From NCBI GenBank assembly GCA_031459875.1, contig JAVKHQ010000001.1, forward strand, positions 224,001 to 288,000: DNA of 64,000 nucleotides, given 5' to 3'. The notes beneath the pieces are model-generated. The model did no database searches and was not told where the DNA came from. It was given only the letters and a program-made list of their open reading frames with translations. Source of the stretch: Candidatus Fervidifonticultor sextus (GTDB lineage Bacteria > Sysuimicrobiota > Sysuimicrobiia > Sysuimicrobiales > Humicultoraceae). Shown piece by piece: positions 43,300 through 54,222 of the stretch; within the stretch, counting starts at the first letter, position 1, and each line of letters begins with the position of its first letter. The position numbers and the translations under genes are program-made.

Positions 43300-44579
43300 C
43301 AGTCGTCGAGCGCAGGCGTCGGTACCGCCTTGGTGATCTTCACCTGCACGATCCGGTGCCCGTCCACCCGTTCCACCGAGAGTTCCACGCCGTCGTAGGT
43401 CACCCGCTCGCCCTGGGCCGGCACGTGGCCGAGCAGGCTGATGACGAACCCGCCCACCGAGTCCACCTCGCCCGCGGGCAGGGCGATCCCCAGCGCTGCG
43501 TTGACGTCTTCCAGGTGGACGGCGCCCTGAACGACGGCCACGCGGTCGCTGAGGACCTTGATGGGCGCCTCTTCGGCATCGTACTCGTCCTGGATCGGCC
43601 CGACGATCTCCTCGAGGAGGTCCTCGATGGTCACCAGTCCGGCGACCCCGCCGTACTCGTCCACCGCGATGGCCATGTGGACTTTCTTCCGGCGCATCTC
43701 GCGAAACAGCTCGTCGAGGCGCTTGGTCTCGGGCACGAAGTAGGCCGGCCGCACGAAGTCCCGCGCCCGGCCGGACAGCCGGCCCCCGTCCGAACTCGAC
43801 AGCAGGTCCTTCACGTGGACCAATCCGATGATGCGGTCGATGGTCTCCTCGTAGACCGGGATGCGCGAGTGGCCGTGGGTGCGGACGACCTCCAGGAGTT
43901 GCTCCACTGGGTCGTCGGCTTCGACGCCCACGATGTCCACCCGGGGCACCATGACCTCCCGCACCACCGTGTCCCCAAACTCAAAGATCGAGTGGATCAT
44001 CTCGCGCTCGTCCTGCTCCAGGACCCCCTGCTCCTCGCCCATGCGCACCAGGTACTGAATCTCGTCCTCGGTGACCAGCGGCGCATCGGGCCGCACGTGG
44101 CCGCCCAACGGCCGCAGGAGGACGTTGGTGACCAGCGAGAGCAGCCGGCTGACTGGCGACAGCACGACACCGACCCACTGGATCGGCCGCGCGGCCAGCA
44201 GGGCGAACCGATCGGCGCGGTGGGCGGCCACCGTCTTGGGGGTCACCTCGCCGAACAACAGCAGGACGATGGTGATGGCCACGAAAGCGTAGAGGGAACC
44301 TCGCTCCGGTCCCAGCAAGCGCACCAGCGTCGCCGTGGCGACGACGGCGGCGGCCGTGTTCACCATGTTGTTGCCGATGAGGATCGTGGACAGGAGCCGG
44401 GCTGGATTCTCCAACAGGGCCACGGCCACCCGGGCGCGTGGGTTCCCCTCGTCCTTCAGCTGCCGCAGGCGCAGCCGGTTCGCCCCGAACAGGGCCGTCT
44501 CGGACCCGGAGAAGAACGCCGAGAGCAGCAGCAGGACCCCCAGCACCGCCAGTTCGAGCGCATAACTTGACGCGTCCAA
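43299..44579 (-). CDS. CNNM/hemolysin-family (CBS-CorC) protein
   Basis: SAFFSGSETA, FGEVTPK, VREVMVPR, HSRIPVY, VDEYGG...TIEDLLEEIVG. Confidence 0.92.
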   Translation of the reverse strand: MDASSYALELAVLGVLLLLSAFFSGSETALFGANRLRLRQLKDEGNPRARVAVALLENPARLLSTILIGNNMVNTAAAVVATATLVRLLGPERGSLYAFVAITIVLLLFGEVTPKTVAAHRADRFALLAARPIQWVGVVLSPVSRLLSLVTNVLLRPLGGHVRPDAPLVTEDEIQYLVRMGEEQGVLEQDEREMIHSIFEFGDTVVREVMVPRVDIVGVEADDPVEQLLEVVRTHGHSRIPVYEETIDRIIGLVHVKDLLSSSDGGRLSGRARDFVRPAYFVPETKRLDELFREMRRKKVHMAIAVDEYGGVAGLVTIEDLLEEIVGPIQDEYDAEEAPIKVLSDRVAVVQGAVHLEDVNAALGIALPAGEVDSVGGFVISLLGHVPAQGERVTYDGVELSVERVDGHRIVQVKITKAVPTPALDD

Positions 44580-44651
44580 GGAAAGTATGGCCTGCCTTTC
44601 GGGCCAAGGCGCCCTGCGGAATCGCTTGAATTATATCACAAGATGCCCGGC

Positions 44652-45119
44652 CTATCGGGCGCCGGGCAGGCGCCGCCACAGCGGGCGGGGCGCGGCGGCG
44701 ATGGTGATGGCGGTGCCGTCGCGAAACTCGGCGACCAAGTCGACCTCCCGGGGGCCGACCTGCACCCGGTGCCCCGCCAGGGCCGAGACGCGCACCGGCA
44801 GCGCGCCGATCCGGCGGGGGCCTCTTTGGACGAACTGATTGCCCTCCCGCACGTACCCCTCGGTGGGAAGGCCGGCGCCCTGCGAGGCGAACCGCATCTC
44901 CACGAACCACAGGCCGTCGGGTTCGATGCGGAAGACCTCCACGACCGGCGTCCGCTCCACCGAGTGCTGGTAGTGGAGGGCGATGGTGTCTCCGCGCCGC
45001 ACATCGAGGCGCAGGACGCGGCGGTCCCCCTCGGGGGTCAGGCGCACCTCGAGGTCGGAGGGATCCCCAAACAACGTCGCTGCGGCGAGGACCGCCGCAG
45101 CGACGACGACCGCAGGCAC
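44652..45119 (-). CDS. DUF1850 protein (TAXI-TRAP associated)
   Basis: HSVERTPVVE and FASQGAGLP motifs; start uncertain. Confidence 0.75.
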   Translation of the reverse strand: MPAVVVAAAVLAAATLFGDPSDLEVRLTPEGDRRVLRLDVRRGDTIALHYQHSVERTPVVEVFRIEPDGLWFVEMRFASQGAGLPTEGYVREGNQFVQRGPRRIGALPVRVSALAGHRVQVGPREVDLVAEFRDGTAITIAAAPRPLWRRLPGAR

Positions 45120-45136
45120 CCACGCCCGGCGCGTGG

Positions 45137-46108
45137 CTATTTCCGCACACCCCTCTCGCGGTAGTAGCGGTCGGCGCCCGGGTGGACCGGAATCGGCATG
45201 CCGTCCAGGGCCTTGGCCAGGTCCAGGTCCCGGCCGCGGGCGTGGGCGGCCCGCACGCGGTCCAGGTTCTCCCACAGCGCCTTCGTCAGGTTGTAGACGA
45301 GGTCCTCGGGCAGATCGGCGCGCGCCACGAGCATGGCCATCACGGCCACCGTCGCCACCGGCTCCGTCTGCCCGCGGTAGGAGTTGGCGGGGATGACGTG
45401 GCGCGTGTAGAACGGCCACCGGGCCCGCAGCGCCACCAGGGCCTCGTTGCTCACGGGGACGATCACCACGTCGCGGGACGCGGCGATGTCGGTCACCGCG
45501 GCCGTCGGCACGCCCGCGGTGAGGAAGACGGCGTCCACGATGCCGTCGCGGAGTTGATCGATGCCCGCCGCAAACGACAGGAAGTCGACCCGCAACTCGC
45601 GGTAGTAGATGTCGTGGACCTGGAGGATCTGGCGGGCGTTGGCCTCGGTCCCGCTTCCCGGCGCGCCGACGACGACCCGCTTGCCGCGCAGGTCTTCCAC
45701 GCTCCTGATGCCCTTACCGCGCAGCGTCACGATCTGAATCGTCTCGGGGTAGAGCATGGCGATGCCGCTGATCCCGGCGATGGGCCGCGGGCGGTTGCTG
45801 CCGGGTTCGGCAAACACCTCTGTCCCGTGCTGGGCATAGTAGGCGATGTCGTTCTGCACCAGTGCCAGGTGGGCATCGCCCCTGGCCAGCGCCTGGATGT
45901 TGACCACCGAAGCCCCGCTGCTCTGCGAGGCCACGCGCACGTTCGGGACGCGGGCGTTCCAGATCTCCGCCATCGCGCCGCCCAGCGGGAAGTAGACCCC
46001 GGCAGTCCCTCCGGTGACCAGGGACAACAACCGGACCTGCGCGCCGGCGGGCGCCGCCACACCTGCCACCAGCAGGGCGGCGGCCGCGAGCACGAGCCAT
46101 CGTGCCAT
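45137..46108 (-). CDS. TAXI-family TRAP solute-binding protein
   Basis: signal peptide, TGGTAGVYFPLG, GASVVN, LYPE, GAPGSG, PVHPGA. Confidence 0.92.
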   Translation of the reverse strand: MARWLVLAAAALLVAGVAAPAGAQVRLLSLVTGGTAGVYFPLGGAMAEIWNARVPNVRVASQSSGASVVNIQALARGDAHLALVQNDIAYYAQHGTEVFAEPGSNRPRPIAGISGIAMLYPETIQIVTLRGKGIRSVEDLRGKRVVVGAPGSGTEANARQILQVHDIYYRELRVDFLSFAAGIDQLRDGIVDAVFLTAGVPTAAVTDIAASRDVVIVPVSNEALVALRARWPFYTRHVIPANSYRGQTEPVATVAVMAMLVARADLPEDLVYNLTKALWENLDRVRAAHARGRDLDLAKALDGMPIPVHPGADRYYRERGVRK

Positions 46109-46178
46109 CACACATATCCCTCCCTTCACGTCCACCGACCTGCGCCGGATCCGGCCCGGCGCCGGGTGCATCTTCTGG

Positions 46179-48209
46179 TCAGTCCCTGGCGACTCCTGCC
46201 GGCAGGTGCCCGGCCGATGGCGCCCCGCGGCGCCGGAGCACCTGTATCGCCGAGACGACGACCAGCATGGCGAAGCCGGCAACGTCCGCCCGGAGGTCGT
46301 GGAAGATCAACGCCAGGGCGGTGGCGGCCAGCAGCCCGCGTTCAGGCCAGGTGGCCGGCCCCCAGAAGTAGCCGGAGACCCCAGCCGACAGAGCGACCAC
46401 CCCCACCACGGCGGTGGCGGTGGTGATGACGATCTCCGAGAGGGTGGCGCCCTGCAGCAGGATCGTCGGCGAGTAGACGAAGACGAAGGGCACGATGATG
46501 CCGGCCAGGGCCAGGCGGGTCGCCGTGAGCCCGGTCTTGAAGGGGTCGGTCTTGGCGATCCCGGCCGCCGCGTAGGCGGCTAGCGCATCGGGCGGCGTGA
46601 TGTCGGCGATGACGCCGAAATAGAAGATGAACATGTGGGCCGCCAGCGGCGGTACGCCCATCTGGACCAGCGCGGGGGCGGCAATGGCGGCCAGGATGAT
46701 GTAGGTCGCGGTCGTCGGGATACCGGAGCCGACGATCGTGCAGGCGATCATGATCCAGATCATCGTGAGGAACAGGATGCCCCCGCCCAGGCTGATGGTG
46801 AGGCTCACGAACGCCAGCCCCAGGCCGGTCAGGGTGATGATCCCGATGAAGATCCCGACCACCGCCGTCGCGACCGCCACCGGAAGCGCCAGCCGGGCGC
46901 CGTAGACCAGGATGTCCCAGAGGTCCCGCGGCCAGGCGAGAGGGCGGCGCTCCAGGACGCAGGTGATCAGGTGGACGCCGGTCGAGACCATGATCCCCCA
47001 GAACGCTGCCCGCATGGGGCTGGCGCCGTGCAGCAGGAACCCCACCAGGACCACCAGGGGAACGACGAGGTAGAAGCGCCGGACGACGATGTCGCGAAGC
47101 CGCGGCAACTGGTCGCGCGGCAGGCCGGCCAGCCCCAGGCGCTTGGCCTCAAAGTGGATGATGAAGGCCAGCGACAGGTAGTATAACGCCGCCGGGATGG
47201 CGGCGGCCTTGACGATGGTCAGGTACGGGACCCCCAGGAACTCGGCCATGACGAAGGCCGCCGCCCCCATGACCGGCGGGACGATCTGGCCGCCGACCGA
47301 TGTGGCGGCTTCGACCCCGGCGGCGAATCGGGGGTCGTAGCCCAGTTTCTTCATCAGCGGGATGTTGAACACGCCGTCGGCGACCACGTTGGCCACGGAG
47401 CTGCCCGAGACAGTGCCGATGAACGCGCTGGAGAGCACCGACACCTTGGCCGGCCCGCCGGTCATCCACCCCGCCACGGCCATGGCGATGTCCACGAAAA
47501 GCTGTCCCAATCCGGTGCGCTCCAGGAACGCGCCCAGCAGCACGAAGAGAAAGACGAACGTGGCCGAGACGCCGATGGGGATGCCGAAGATCCCCTCGGT
47601 GGTGAAGAAGATCTGCTCGATGACGCGTGGCGCGGAGATGGGCGCGATGGCCAGCGCACCGGGCAGGTACTGCCCCACGAACGGGTAGAGGAGCGCCAGG
47701 GCGGCGATCACCGGGACGATGGCCATCAGGCGCCGCCCGGCCTCCAGGACCACCAGGATGCCGACGACGCCGATGATGAGGTCGGTGCGCGTCAGGTTGC
47801 CGGCCCGGACCGCCAGGTCGGCGTGGTTGACCAGCACGTAGAGCATCGGGACCACGGCGGCGACCACCATCGCGATGTCGGCGATCCCGATGCGGGACGC
47901 CGCCGCGCCCCTGCGGCGGAACGGATACAGCAGGAAGACCAGGGCGAGGGCGAACGCCACATGCACGGCCCGCTGGCGCAGCGCCTCCAGGGTGCCAAAG
48001 CGCGCCGTGTAGAGGTGGAACAGCGCCATCGCCACGGCAATGGTCGCCACCACCCCGGCCCAGAAGCCGGTCAGCCGGCGGTAATTGTACTCCGGCTCCG
48101 CTTCGCGCAGGAGCGACTCGATCTCGGTGGAGGACGGGAGCCCTTCCTCGAAGGCTGGGGGCCGGGGCCCGGACGGCTCCTGGGCTCCGCCCGCCACGGG
48201 GGCGCTCAC
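46179..48209 (-). CDS. TRAP transporter fused (4TM/12TM) permease
   Basis: EGIFGIP, GGPAKV, SGSSVAN, GGQIVPPVMGAAAF, DITPP; GTG overlaps the dgkA stop. Confidence 0.92.
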   Translation of the reverse strand: MSAPVAGGAQEPSGPRPPAFEEGLPSSTEIESLLREAEPEYNYRRLTGFWAGVVATIAVAMALFHLYTARFGTLEALRQRAVHVAFALALVFLLYPFRRRGAAASRIGIADIAMVVAAVVPMLYVLVNHADLAVRAGNLTRTDLIIGVVGILVVLEAGRRLMAIVPVIAALALLYPFVGQYLPGALAIAPISAPRVIEQIFFTTEGIFGIPIGVSATFVFLFVLLGAFLERTGLGQLFVDIAMAVAGWMTGGPAKVSVLSSAFIGTVSGSSVANVVADGVFNIPLMKKLGYDPRFAAGVEAATSVGGQIVPPVMGAAAFVMAEFLGVPYLTIVKAAAIPAALYYLSLAFIIHFEAKRLGLAGLPRDQLPRLRDIVVRRFYLVVPLVVLVGFLLHGASPMRAAFWGIMVSTGVHLITCVLERRPLAWPRDLWDILVYGARLALPVAVATAVVGIFIGIITLTGLGLAFVSLTISLGGGILFLTMIWIMIACTIVGSGIPTTATYIILAAIAAPALVQMGVPPLAAHMFIFYFGVIADITPPDALAAYAAAGIAKTDPFKTGLTATRLALAGIIVPFVFVYSPTILLQGATLSEIVITTATAVVGVVALSAGVSGYFWGPATWPERGLLAATALALIFHDLRADVAGFAMLVVVSAIQVLRRRGAPSAGHLPAGVARD

Positions 48210-48694
48210 GGCGACCCGGGGCCCGGTCGGTCTCCGGCCCGCCGCATCGTCACCACGGCCAGCGCCAGGATGGCGGCCAGGACGCCGGCCCGGCCGGCGG
48301 CGAGGGCGTCGAGGCGGCCAAACCCGAACGCGACCATGACCGGGGGCGCCAGCACCAGGAGCCCCACGATCGCCGCGCCCGCCGCCATGACGAGCACCGC
48401 GGCGGCGCTCAGATCCTTGGCCCGGCCGGCCAGCGCATGATGATTGTCGCCGACCTCCAGGTCGACGACGGCCTCGACGGCCGTGTTGAAGAGTTCGGCA
48501 GCCAGCACGCCGGCTGTGGCCACCACCAGCAGCGCGGTTTCGCCCACCGGGAGGTCCAGCCAGACCACGGCCAGGATCACGGCGGCCGCCAGCAGGATGT
48601 GGATCCGCATGGTGCGCTGCGACCAGAAGGCCGCCTGGAGGCCCCGGCCTGCGTACTGGAAGCTCTGCCACAGCGTGTGGCGCATCGCCCTCAC
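48206..48694 (-). CDS. dgkA: diacylglycerol/undecaprenol kinase family protein
   Basis: SFQYAGRG, ELFNTAVEAVVD, AKDLSAAAVL. Confidence 0.88.
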   Translation of the reverse strand: MRAMRHTLWQSFQYAGRGLQAAFWSQRTMRIHILLAAAVILAVVWLDLPVGETALLVVATAGVLAAELFNTAVEAVVDLEVGDNHHALAGRAKDLSAAAVLVMAAGAAIVGLLVLAPPVMVAFGFGRLDALAAGRAGVLAAILALAVVTMRRAGDRPGPGSP

Positions 48695-49122
48695 CTTCTC
48701 GTCCGGAAGATCTGCGCGAGGATGCGACGTTCGGCCGCTCGCATCCGGGCGGCCTGCGCGGGCGTATGGTCGTCGTAGCCGCCCAGGTGCAGCACGCCGT
48801 GGACCAGCAGTAACGTCACCTCGCGCCGCACGGCCCAGCCGGCCTCGCGCGCCTGCACCCGCGCCCGCCCCACCGAGATCACCACCTCGCCCAGGATCCG
48901 GTCTGCCCCCCCGTCCCCGGGAAAGGTCATGACATCGGTGGACCCGCGCGCACCCAGGAAGCGCCGGTGGAGCCGTGCCATGGTCGCGTCGTCGACGAGC
49001 GCGACCTCCAGTTCGGCATCCGCCGGCGCGCCGATGGCGCGCAGGGCGGCCCGGCCCGCGGCCTCCAGCAGCCGCCGGGGGACGGGGGCCCGCAGCCCGC
49101 GGGTGGCGACGTGCACCCGCAC
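48691..49122 (-). CDS. ybeY: rRNA maturation RNase YbeY
   Basis: TDVMTF, LGEVVIS, HGVLHLGGYDDH. Confidence 0.92.
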   Translation of the reverse strand: MRVHVATRGLRAPVPRRLLEAAGRAALRAIGAPADAELEVALVDDATMARLHRRFLGARGSTDVMTFPGDGGADRILGEVVISVGRARVQAREAGWAVRREVTLLLVHGVLHLGGYDDHTPAQAARMRAAERRILAQIFRTRR

Positions 49123-49126
49123 GGCC

Positions 49127-51226
49127 CTATCGCACCCGAGCCACCTGTTCCCGACGCCGCCGAACCAGTTCGCCCTCGAGGTCGGGGTATTCCACCCGCG
49201 GGTGCAGCATGCCGCTGAGGATGCGCACGAAGGCGGCGGCGATCCGGTCCAGTTCGCGGAACGTCAGCCCGCACTCATCGAGCTGGCCGTCCTCCAGCTT
49301 CTCGCGGATGAGGCGCCGGACGACCTCGTGGAGCCGTTCCGGCGTGGGCCGGTTGAGGGTGCGGACCGTGGCCTCTGTGGCGTCGGCCAGCATGACGATG
49401 GCCGTCTCGCGCGTCTGCGGCTTGGGGCCGTCGTATCGGAAGGCCGCCTCGTCCAGCGGATCGCCACGCTCCAGGGCCTGATGGAAGAAGTACGTCAGCA
49501 GCGCGGTGCCGTGGTGCTGGGGGATGAAGTCGGCCACCGCCTGCGGCAGGCCGTACTCGCGCGCCAGCTCCAGCCCATCCCGCACGTGGGCGCCCACCGT
49601 CAGGGCCGAGAGGCTCGGGCTCATCTTCTCGTGAGGATTCTCGATGCCGACCTGGTTCTCCACGAAGAACGCCGGCCGCCGCAACTTGCCCACATCGTGG
49701 TAGTAGGTCCCCACGCGGACCAGCAGGGCGTCTGCGCCGATCGCCTCGGCCGCGGCCTCGGCCAGGTTCCCGACCATGATGCTGTGGTGGTAGGTGCCAG
49801 GCGCCTCCAGCTGGAGGCGCCGCAGCAGCGGGTGCGCGGGGTTGGCCAGTTCGAGGAGTTTGATCGGCGTGATCAGGCCGAACAGCTGCTCCAGGAAGGG
49901 CAGCACACCAATCGTAATGACCGCCGCCAGCAGACCGTTGCCCAGCGCGTAGGCAGCGTTGATGGCCAGGGTCTGATACTCCGACGGGCCTTCCGGGAGC
50001 CCGGCGCCGATCGCCGCGGCGGCGTTGACCAGCCCCACCAGGATCCCGGCTTTGCCGAAGTCCGACCGGCGGTGGATCTGACGGGTGGCGTACACCGCCA
50101 CCAGGCCGCCGACGAAGGCCACGACCACCGGACCCAGGTCGCCTCCGGCGGCCAGACCCGTGAGGATCGCCAGCACCGGCGTAGAGAACAGCGCGAGCGG
50201 CGGCCGGAGCAGAATCGCCAGCAACATCGAGCCGGCGGCTGCGGGGGCCAGGAAGTTGGAGAACCGGGGGGCGCCCAGCACCTGGGCCAGGCCCACCGTG
50301 CTGACGACGAGCAGGCTCCACAGGATCACCAGACGGTCGCGCGCCCAGACCTCGGGCTGGAACTGCCAGAGGTAGGCGCCGGTGATCGCCAGCAGCAGGG
50401 CCACGATGACGATGAGTCCCGCGACCGCTCCCAGGGTGACGCGCGGCGGGTAGAGGCCAGCGATCCGCAGGATCTCCAGGTGCGCCCGCGTGACCACGTC
50501 GCCCTTGCGCAGGATGCTCTGCCCCCTCTGGACCCGGACGCGCACCGGCGCCACCAGGTTGGCGGCGGCCTGGCGCACCTCCAGCGTCCGGGCGGTGTCC
50601 ACCTCCATCGTGGGGCGCAGCACCCCCACGGTGACCTCGCTGGCCAGCAGGGTCAGGCCCGGGGCCAGTCCCGCCGCCCGCACGATGGCGCGGGCCCGTT
50701 CCCGGGCAGAAAGCAGCGCATCCTCGCGCACGCCGTCGGCGAGGGTCTGCTCCACCGCGGTCATCGCCGTGCGCCGCGCGGCAGCCAGGCCGGCGGCGCT
50801 GGCACCGGCCGCGGCCGCCGCGGCCGCCGGGGACAGAGGGACTCCGACGGCCTGCTGGATGGCCTCGGCCCGGCCTGCTGGACCGGAGGCCACCCGCGCG
50901 GCCTCGATGGCGTCGAACGCGACCGCCGCGGCCGCCACAGCCGCGGCCACCTGCGCAGGCGAGGGCCGCAGCACGGGCGGCGTGGCCCGCATCGCCTCGG
51001 CCCGCATGGCCTCGGTGCGGGCCTGGTCGACGAACTCGATGGTCCGCGGGGATTCCACGTCCCGCGGGCTGGGCTGCCCGACCTGCACCATCACCCCCGG
51101 CTGCAGGTAGTCGCCGGCCAGCATCCCCACCAGCAGGACCAGCGTCACCAGCCCGACGGAGGCGCGACGGACCCACAGCGGTCTAGAGCCCATCCAGGTG
51201 GCCAGGCGGCCGGACCCCCGGCGCAT
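49127..51226 (-). CDS. 7TM-HDIG phosphohydrolase (PgpH-like)
   Basis: 7 TMs, EAPGTYHHS, YYHDVGK, HHGT, FRYDGPKPQ. Confidence 0.9.
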   Translation of the reverse strand: MRRGSGRLATWMGSRPLWVRRASVGLVTLVLLVGMLAGDYLQPGVMVQVGQPSPRDVESPRTIEFVDQARTEAMRAEAMRATPPVLRPSPAQVAAAVAAAAVAFDAIEAARVASGPAGRAEAIQQAVGVPLSPAAAAAAAGASAAGLAAARRTAMTAVEQTLADGVREDALLSARERARAIVRAAGLAPGLTLLASEVTVGVLRPTMEVDTARTLEVRQAAANLVAPVRVRVQRGQSILRKGDVVTRAHLEILRIAGLYPPRVTLGAVAGLIVIVALLLAITGAYLWQFQPEVWARDRLVILWSLLVVSTVGLAQVLGAPRFSNFLAPAAAGSMLLAILLRPPLALFSTPVLAILTGLAAGGDLGPVVVAFVGGLVAVYATRQIHRRSDFGKAGILVGLVNAAAAIGAGLPEGPSEYQTLAINAAYALGNGLLAAVITIGVLPFLEQLFGLITPIKLLELANPAHPLLRRLQLEAPGTYHHSIMVGNLAEAAAEAIGADALLVRVGTYYHDVGKLRRPAFFVENQVGIENPHEKMSPSLSALTVGAHVRDGLELAREYGLPQAVADFIPQHHGTALLTYFFHQALERGDPLDEAAFRYDGPKPQTRETAIVMLADATEATVRTLNRPTPERLHEVVRRLIREKLEDGQLDECGLTFRELDRIAAAFVRILSGMLHPRVEYPDLEGELVRRRREQVARVR

Positions 51227-52221
51227 CAGCCGCTCCCCGACGACGGCTCGGCGCGCATCGCCTCGTAGCGCTCGTAGGCGCGCACGATGGTCTGGACGAG
51301 CTCGTGGCGCACGACGTCCCCTTCACCCAGGGACACGAAGGCGATGCCCTCGATGGCTCTGAAGATCTCCCGCGCCTCGACGAGGCCCGAGGTCCGGTCC
51401 CGCGGCAGGTCGATCTGCGTGATGTCGCCCGTCACCACCGCCTTGGAGCCGAACCCCATGCGCGTCAGGAACATCTTCATCTGCTCCCGCGTGGTGTTCT
51501 GGGCTTCGTCGAGGATGATGAAGGCGTCGTTGAGGGTGCGACCGCGCATGAAGGCCAGCGGCACCACCTCGATGACGCCCCGCTCCATCAGACGCGCCAC
51601 GCGCTCGGGGCCGACCATCTCGTAGAGTGCGTCGTAGAGCGGCCTCAGGTAGGGATCTACCTTAGCCGCGATGTCGCCGGGCAGGAATCCGAGCTTCTCG
51701 CCGGCCTCGATGGCGGGCCGCGTCAGGACGAGCCGCTGGACGGACCGGGCCCGCAGGGCGACGGCGGCCATCGCGACGGCCAGGTACGTCTTCCCCGTCC
51801 CGGCCGGCCCGATGGCGAAGGTCAGGTCGTGGGTGCGGATGGCCTCGACGTAGGCCCGCTGCCCCGCGGTCCTGGGCGCGATCGGCTTCCCGGTCGGGGT
51901 AGTCAGCAGGACCTCTCCGCTGATCGTGATGCCGCCAGCTTCCGGCGGGGTGGGCCGGTTGCGCAGGGCGCGGCGGACATCGGCCGGCGTCACAGACTGG
52001 CCGCGGCGGGCCAGGGCCAGGATCTGGTCGAAGACGCGGACCGCGGCACCCACCTCGTCCGGGGTCCCGCGGATGACCAGGGCGCCGCCGCGCACGGTCA
52101 CGGACGCACCGAGCTCCTTCTCCACGACCTCCAGCAGCGCGTCGTGCTGCCCGAGGACAGCGACCGCGTCCGCACCGGAGGGGAGCGGAATCGTCGCCTC
52201 GCTCACCGAAGGGTGGGCCAC
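51226..52221 (-). CDS. phoH: PhoH-family ATPase
   Basis: [32 protein letters not shown]. Confidence 0.95.
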   Translation of the reverse strand: MAHPSVSEATIPLPSGADAVAVLGQHDALLEVVEKELGASVTVRGGALVIRGTPDEVGAAVRVFDQILALARRGQSVTPADVRRALRNRPTPPEAGGITISGEVLLTTPTGKPIAPRTAGQRAYVEAIRTHDLTFAIGPAGTGKTYLAVAMAAVALRARSVQRLVLTRPAIEAGEKLGFLPGDIAAKVDPYLRPLYDALYEMVGPERVARLMERGVIEVVPLAFMRGRTLNDAFIILDEAQNTTREQMKMFLTRMGFGSKAVVTGDITQIDLPRDRTSGLVEAREIFRAIEGIAFVSLGEGDVVRHELVQTIVRAYERYEAMRAEPSSGSG

Positions 52222-52243
52222 CCCGACCTCCTATCCGTTCGCC

Positions 52244-52271
52244 TTTCGGCAGGGAACAGGACCCCTCCTCC
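52244..52271 (-). promoter_or_regulatory. SigH-type promoter candidate of phoH
   Basis: GGAGGAGGG-N12-GCCGAAA; -35 identical to the hpf element. Confidence 0.45.
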
Positions 52272-52282
52272 ACCCCTGTGGG

Positions 52283-52735
52283 TCAGAGCAGGCGCCGAAG
52301 CCTCCGGAGGACCGCCGCCCGGTGGGCGGGCTTGCGGGGGACCACGATGATGGTGTTGTCGCCGGCGACCGTGCCGGCGATCTCCGGCCAGGCGGCCTCG
52401 TCGATGGCCTCGGCCACCGTGCCGGCGCTGCCGGTGGTCGTCTTCACCAGGATCAGGCCCGAGCCTTCCTCGATGTCGGTGGCGTAGTCTGTCAGGGCGC
52501 GCCGCAGCCGGGCCTCCAGCGCCTGGGGGGACGGGCGCGCCGTCTGCGGAGCCTGGTACCGGTAGGCGCCGTCCCCGGTGGGGACCTTCACCAGGCCCAG
52601 CCGCTTGATGTCACGGGAGACCGTGGCCTGCGTGACCCGGATGCCCTGGCTGCGCAGCGCCGCCACCAGCGCGGCCTGGGTGGTGATGGGCCGGCTGGCG
52701 ATGATCTGGAGGATGCGACGCTCGCGCGGGCGCAC
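52283..52735 (-). CDS. argR: arginine repressor
   Basis: VTQATVSRDI, GTVAGDNTI. Confidence 0.94.
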   Translation of the reverse strand: MRPRERRILQIIASRPITTQAALVAALRSQGIRVTQATVSRDIKRLGLVKVPTGDGAYRYQAPQTARPSPQALEARLRRALTDYATDIEEGSGLILVKTTTGSAGTVAEAIDEAAWPEIAGTVAGDNTIIVVPRKPAHRAAVLRRLRRLL

Positions 52736-52743
52736 GAACGTCC

Positions 52744-54222
52744 CTAGCCGGGGGAGGCGTCAAGCAGGCGCGCCTCGGCGGCCCGCTGGTCGGCGGCGAC
52801 CTGATCGAGCCAGGCGCGCTGCACGGCCAGCGCCGCCCGCGCACCGGCGATGGCCTCGCGGACCCTGCCCGGCGCCGTGCCGCCCGGAACGTCCTTGGCC
52901 GCCACCGCCCCCTCCGGGGTCACGGCCTCCAGAACGTCCGCCTCGAACAGCGGCGAGATCCGTCGGTAGGCCTCCAGGGGGAGTTCCCACAATTCGCACC
53001 GGGCGGCCTCAGCGGCCTGCACCACCCGGCCCGCCAGGTGGTGCGCCTCCCTGAACGGGACGCCGCGGCGGACCAGGTAGTCAGCGACCTCGGTGGCGGT
53101 GAGGAACCCACCCCGCAGCGCCGCGGCCATGCGGTCCCGGTGGACGACCATCCGCGAGACCACCAGGTGCATCGCCGCCAGCGCCGCCTCGGCGGCGGCG
53201 AACGCGGTCGCTGCGGCGGCCTTGTCCTCCTGGAGGTCCCGGTTGTACCCCGGCGGCAGGCCCTTGAGCACGGCGGCCAGGCCCGTCAGGGCCCCGATCC
53301 CGACCCCGGCCTGGGCGCGGGTGAGTTCCAGCAAGTCCGGGTTGCGCTTCTGGGGCATCAGGCTGCTGCCGGTCATCAGGGCGTCGGGGAGCCCGATGAA
53401 GCCGAACTCCTGGGTGGTCCACAGGATGAGCTCTTCCGCCCACCGCGAGAGGTGGATCAACAACCCCGCCACCGCGGCGACGGCCTCCAGCACGAAGTCG
53501 CGGTCGCCGGTGGCGTCGACGCTGTTCTCGCTGATCTGCGCGAAGCCGAGCATGGCCGCCTGCGCAGCCCGGTCCACGGGAAAGCCGGAGCCGGCAATCG
53601 CCCCGGACCCCAGGGGTGAGACGTCGAGGCGGAGGAAGGCGTCGCGCAGCCGTCCGGCGTCGCGGGACAGCATCCAGAAGTAGGCCAGCCAGTGGTGGGC
53701 GAGCAGCACGGGCTGGGCGCGCTGCAGGTGGGTATAGGCCGGCAGCAGCACCTCGTCTGCCTCCCCGAGGCGGTCAGTGATCGCGGCCTGCAACCCGGTG
53801 ATCCCGGCCACCAGCCGTCGGATGCGGTCCTTCAAGGCGAGGCGGAACGCGGTCACCACCTGGTCGTTGCGGCTGCGGCCGGCGTGCAGCCAGCCCGCCG
53901 CCGGCCCCAGGCGGGCGGCGAGCGTGGCCTCGATGAAAGAGTGCACATCCTCATAGTCGCCGTCAGGGACCAGCGTGCCGGCCTCGGCCTCGGCCAGCAT
54001 CGCCCGCAGCGTGCGGCCCAGCGAGGCGGCGGCGTCCGCCGGGACGACCCCGGCCGAGGCCAGCGAGGTGAGGTGCGCCAGACTGCCCAGCAGATCCCAG
54101 CGCAGCAGGGAGCGGTCCACCGGCAGCGAGGTGAGCAGCGGGGCGATGCGGGGGTCCGGCTCTTCGGTGAACCGGCCCCCCCACATCAGGTAGCGCTCGG
54201 ACGGCTCAGCGGACGGGCTCAC
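52744..54222 (-). CDS. argH: argininosuccinate lyase
   Basis: WGGRF, GRSRNDQV, YTHLQRAQP, TGSSLMPQKRNPD, YNRDLQEDK. Confidence 0.96.
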   Translation of the reverse strand: MSPSAEPSERYLMWGGRFTEEPDPRIAPLLTSLPVDRSLLRWDLLGSLAHLTSLASAGVVPADAAASLGRTLRAMLAEAEAGTLVPDGDYEDVHSFIEATLAARLGPAAGWLHAGRSRNDQVVTAFRLALKDRIRRLVAGITGLQAAITDRLGEADEVLLPAYTHLQRAQPVLLAHHWLAYFWMLSRDAGRLRDAFLRLDVSPLGSGAIAGSGFPVDRAAQAAMLGFAQISENSVDATGDRDFVLEAVAAVAGLLIHLSRWAEELILWTTQEFGFIGLPDALMTGSSLMPQKRNPDLLELTRAQAGVGIGALTGLAAVLKGLPPGYNRDLQEDKAAAATAFAAAEAALAAMHLVVSRMVVHRDRMAAALRGGFLTATEVADYLVRRGVPFREAHHLAGRVVQAAEAARCELWELPLEAYRRISPLFEADVLEAVTPEGAVAAKDVPGGTAPGRVREAIAGARAALAVQRAWLDQVAADQRAAEARLLDASPG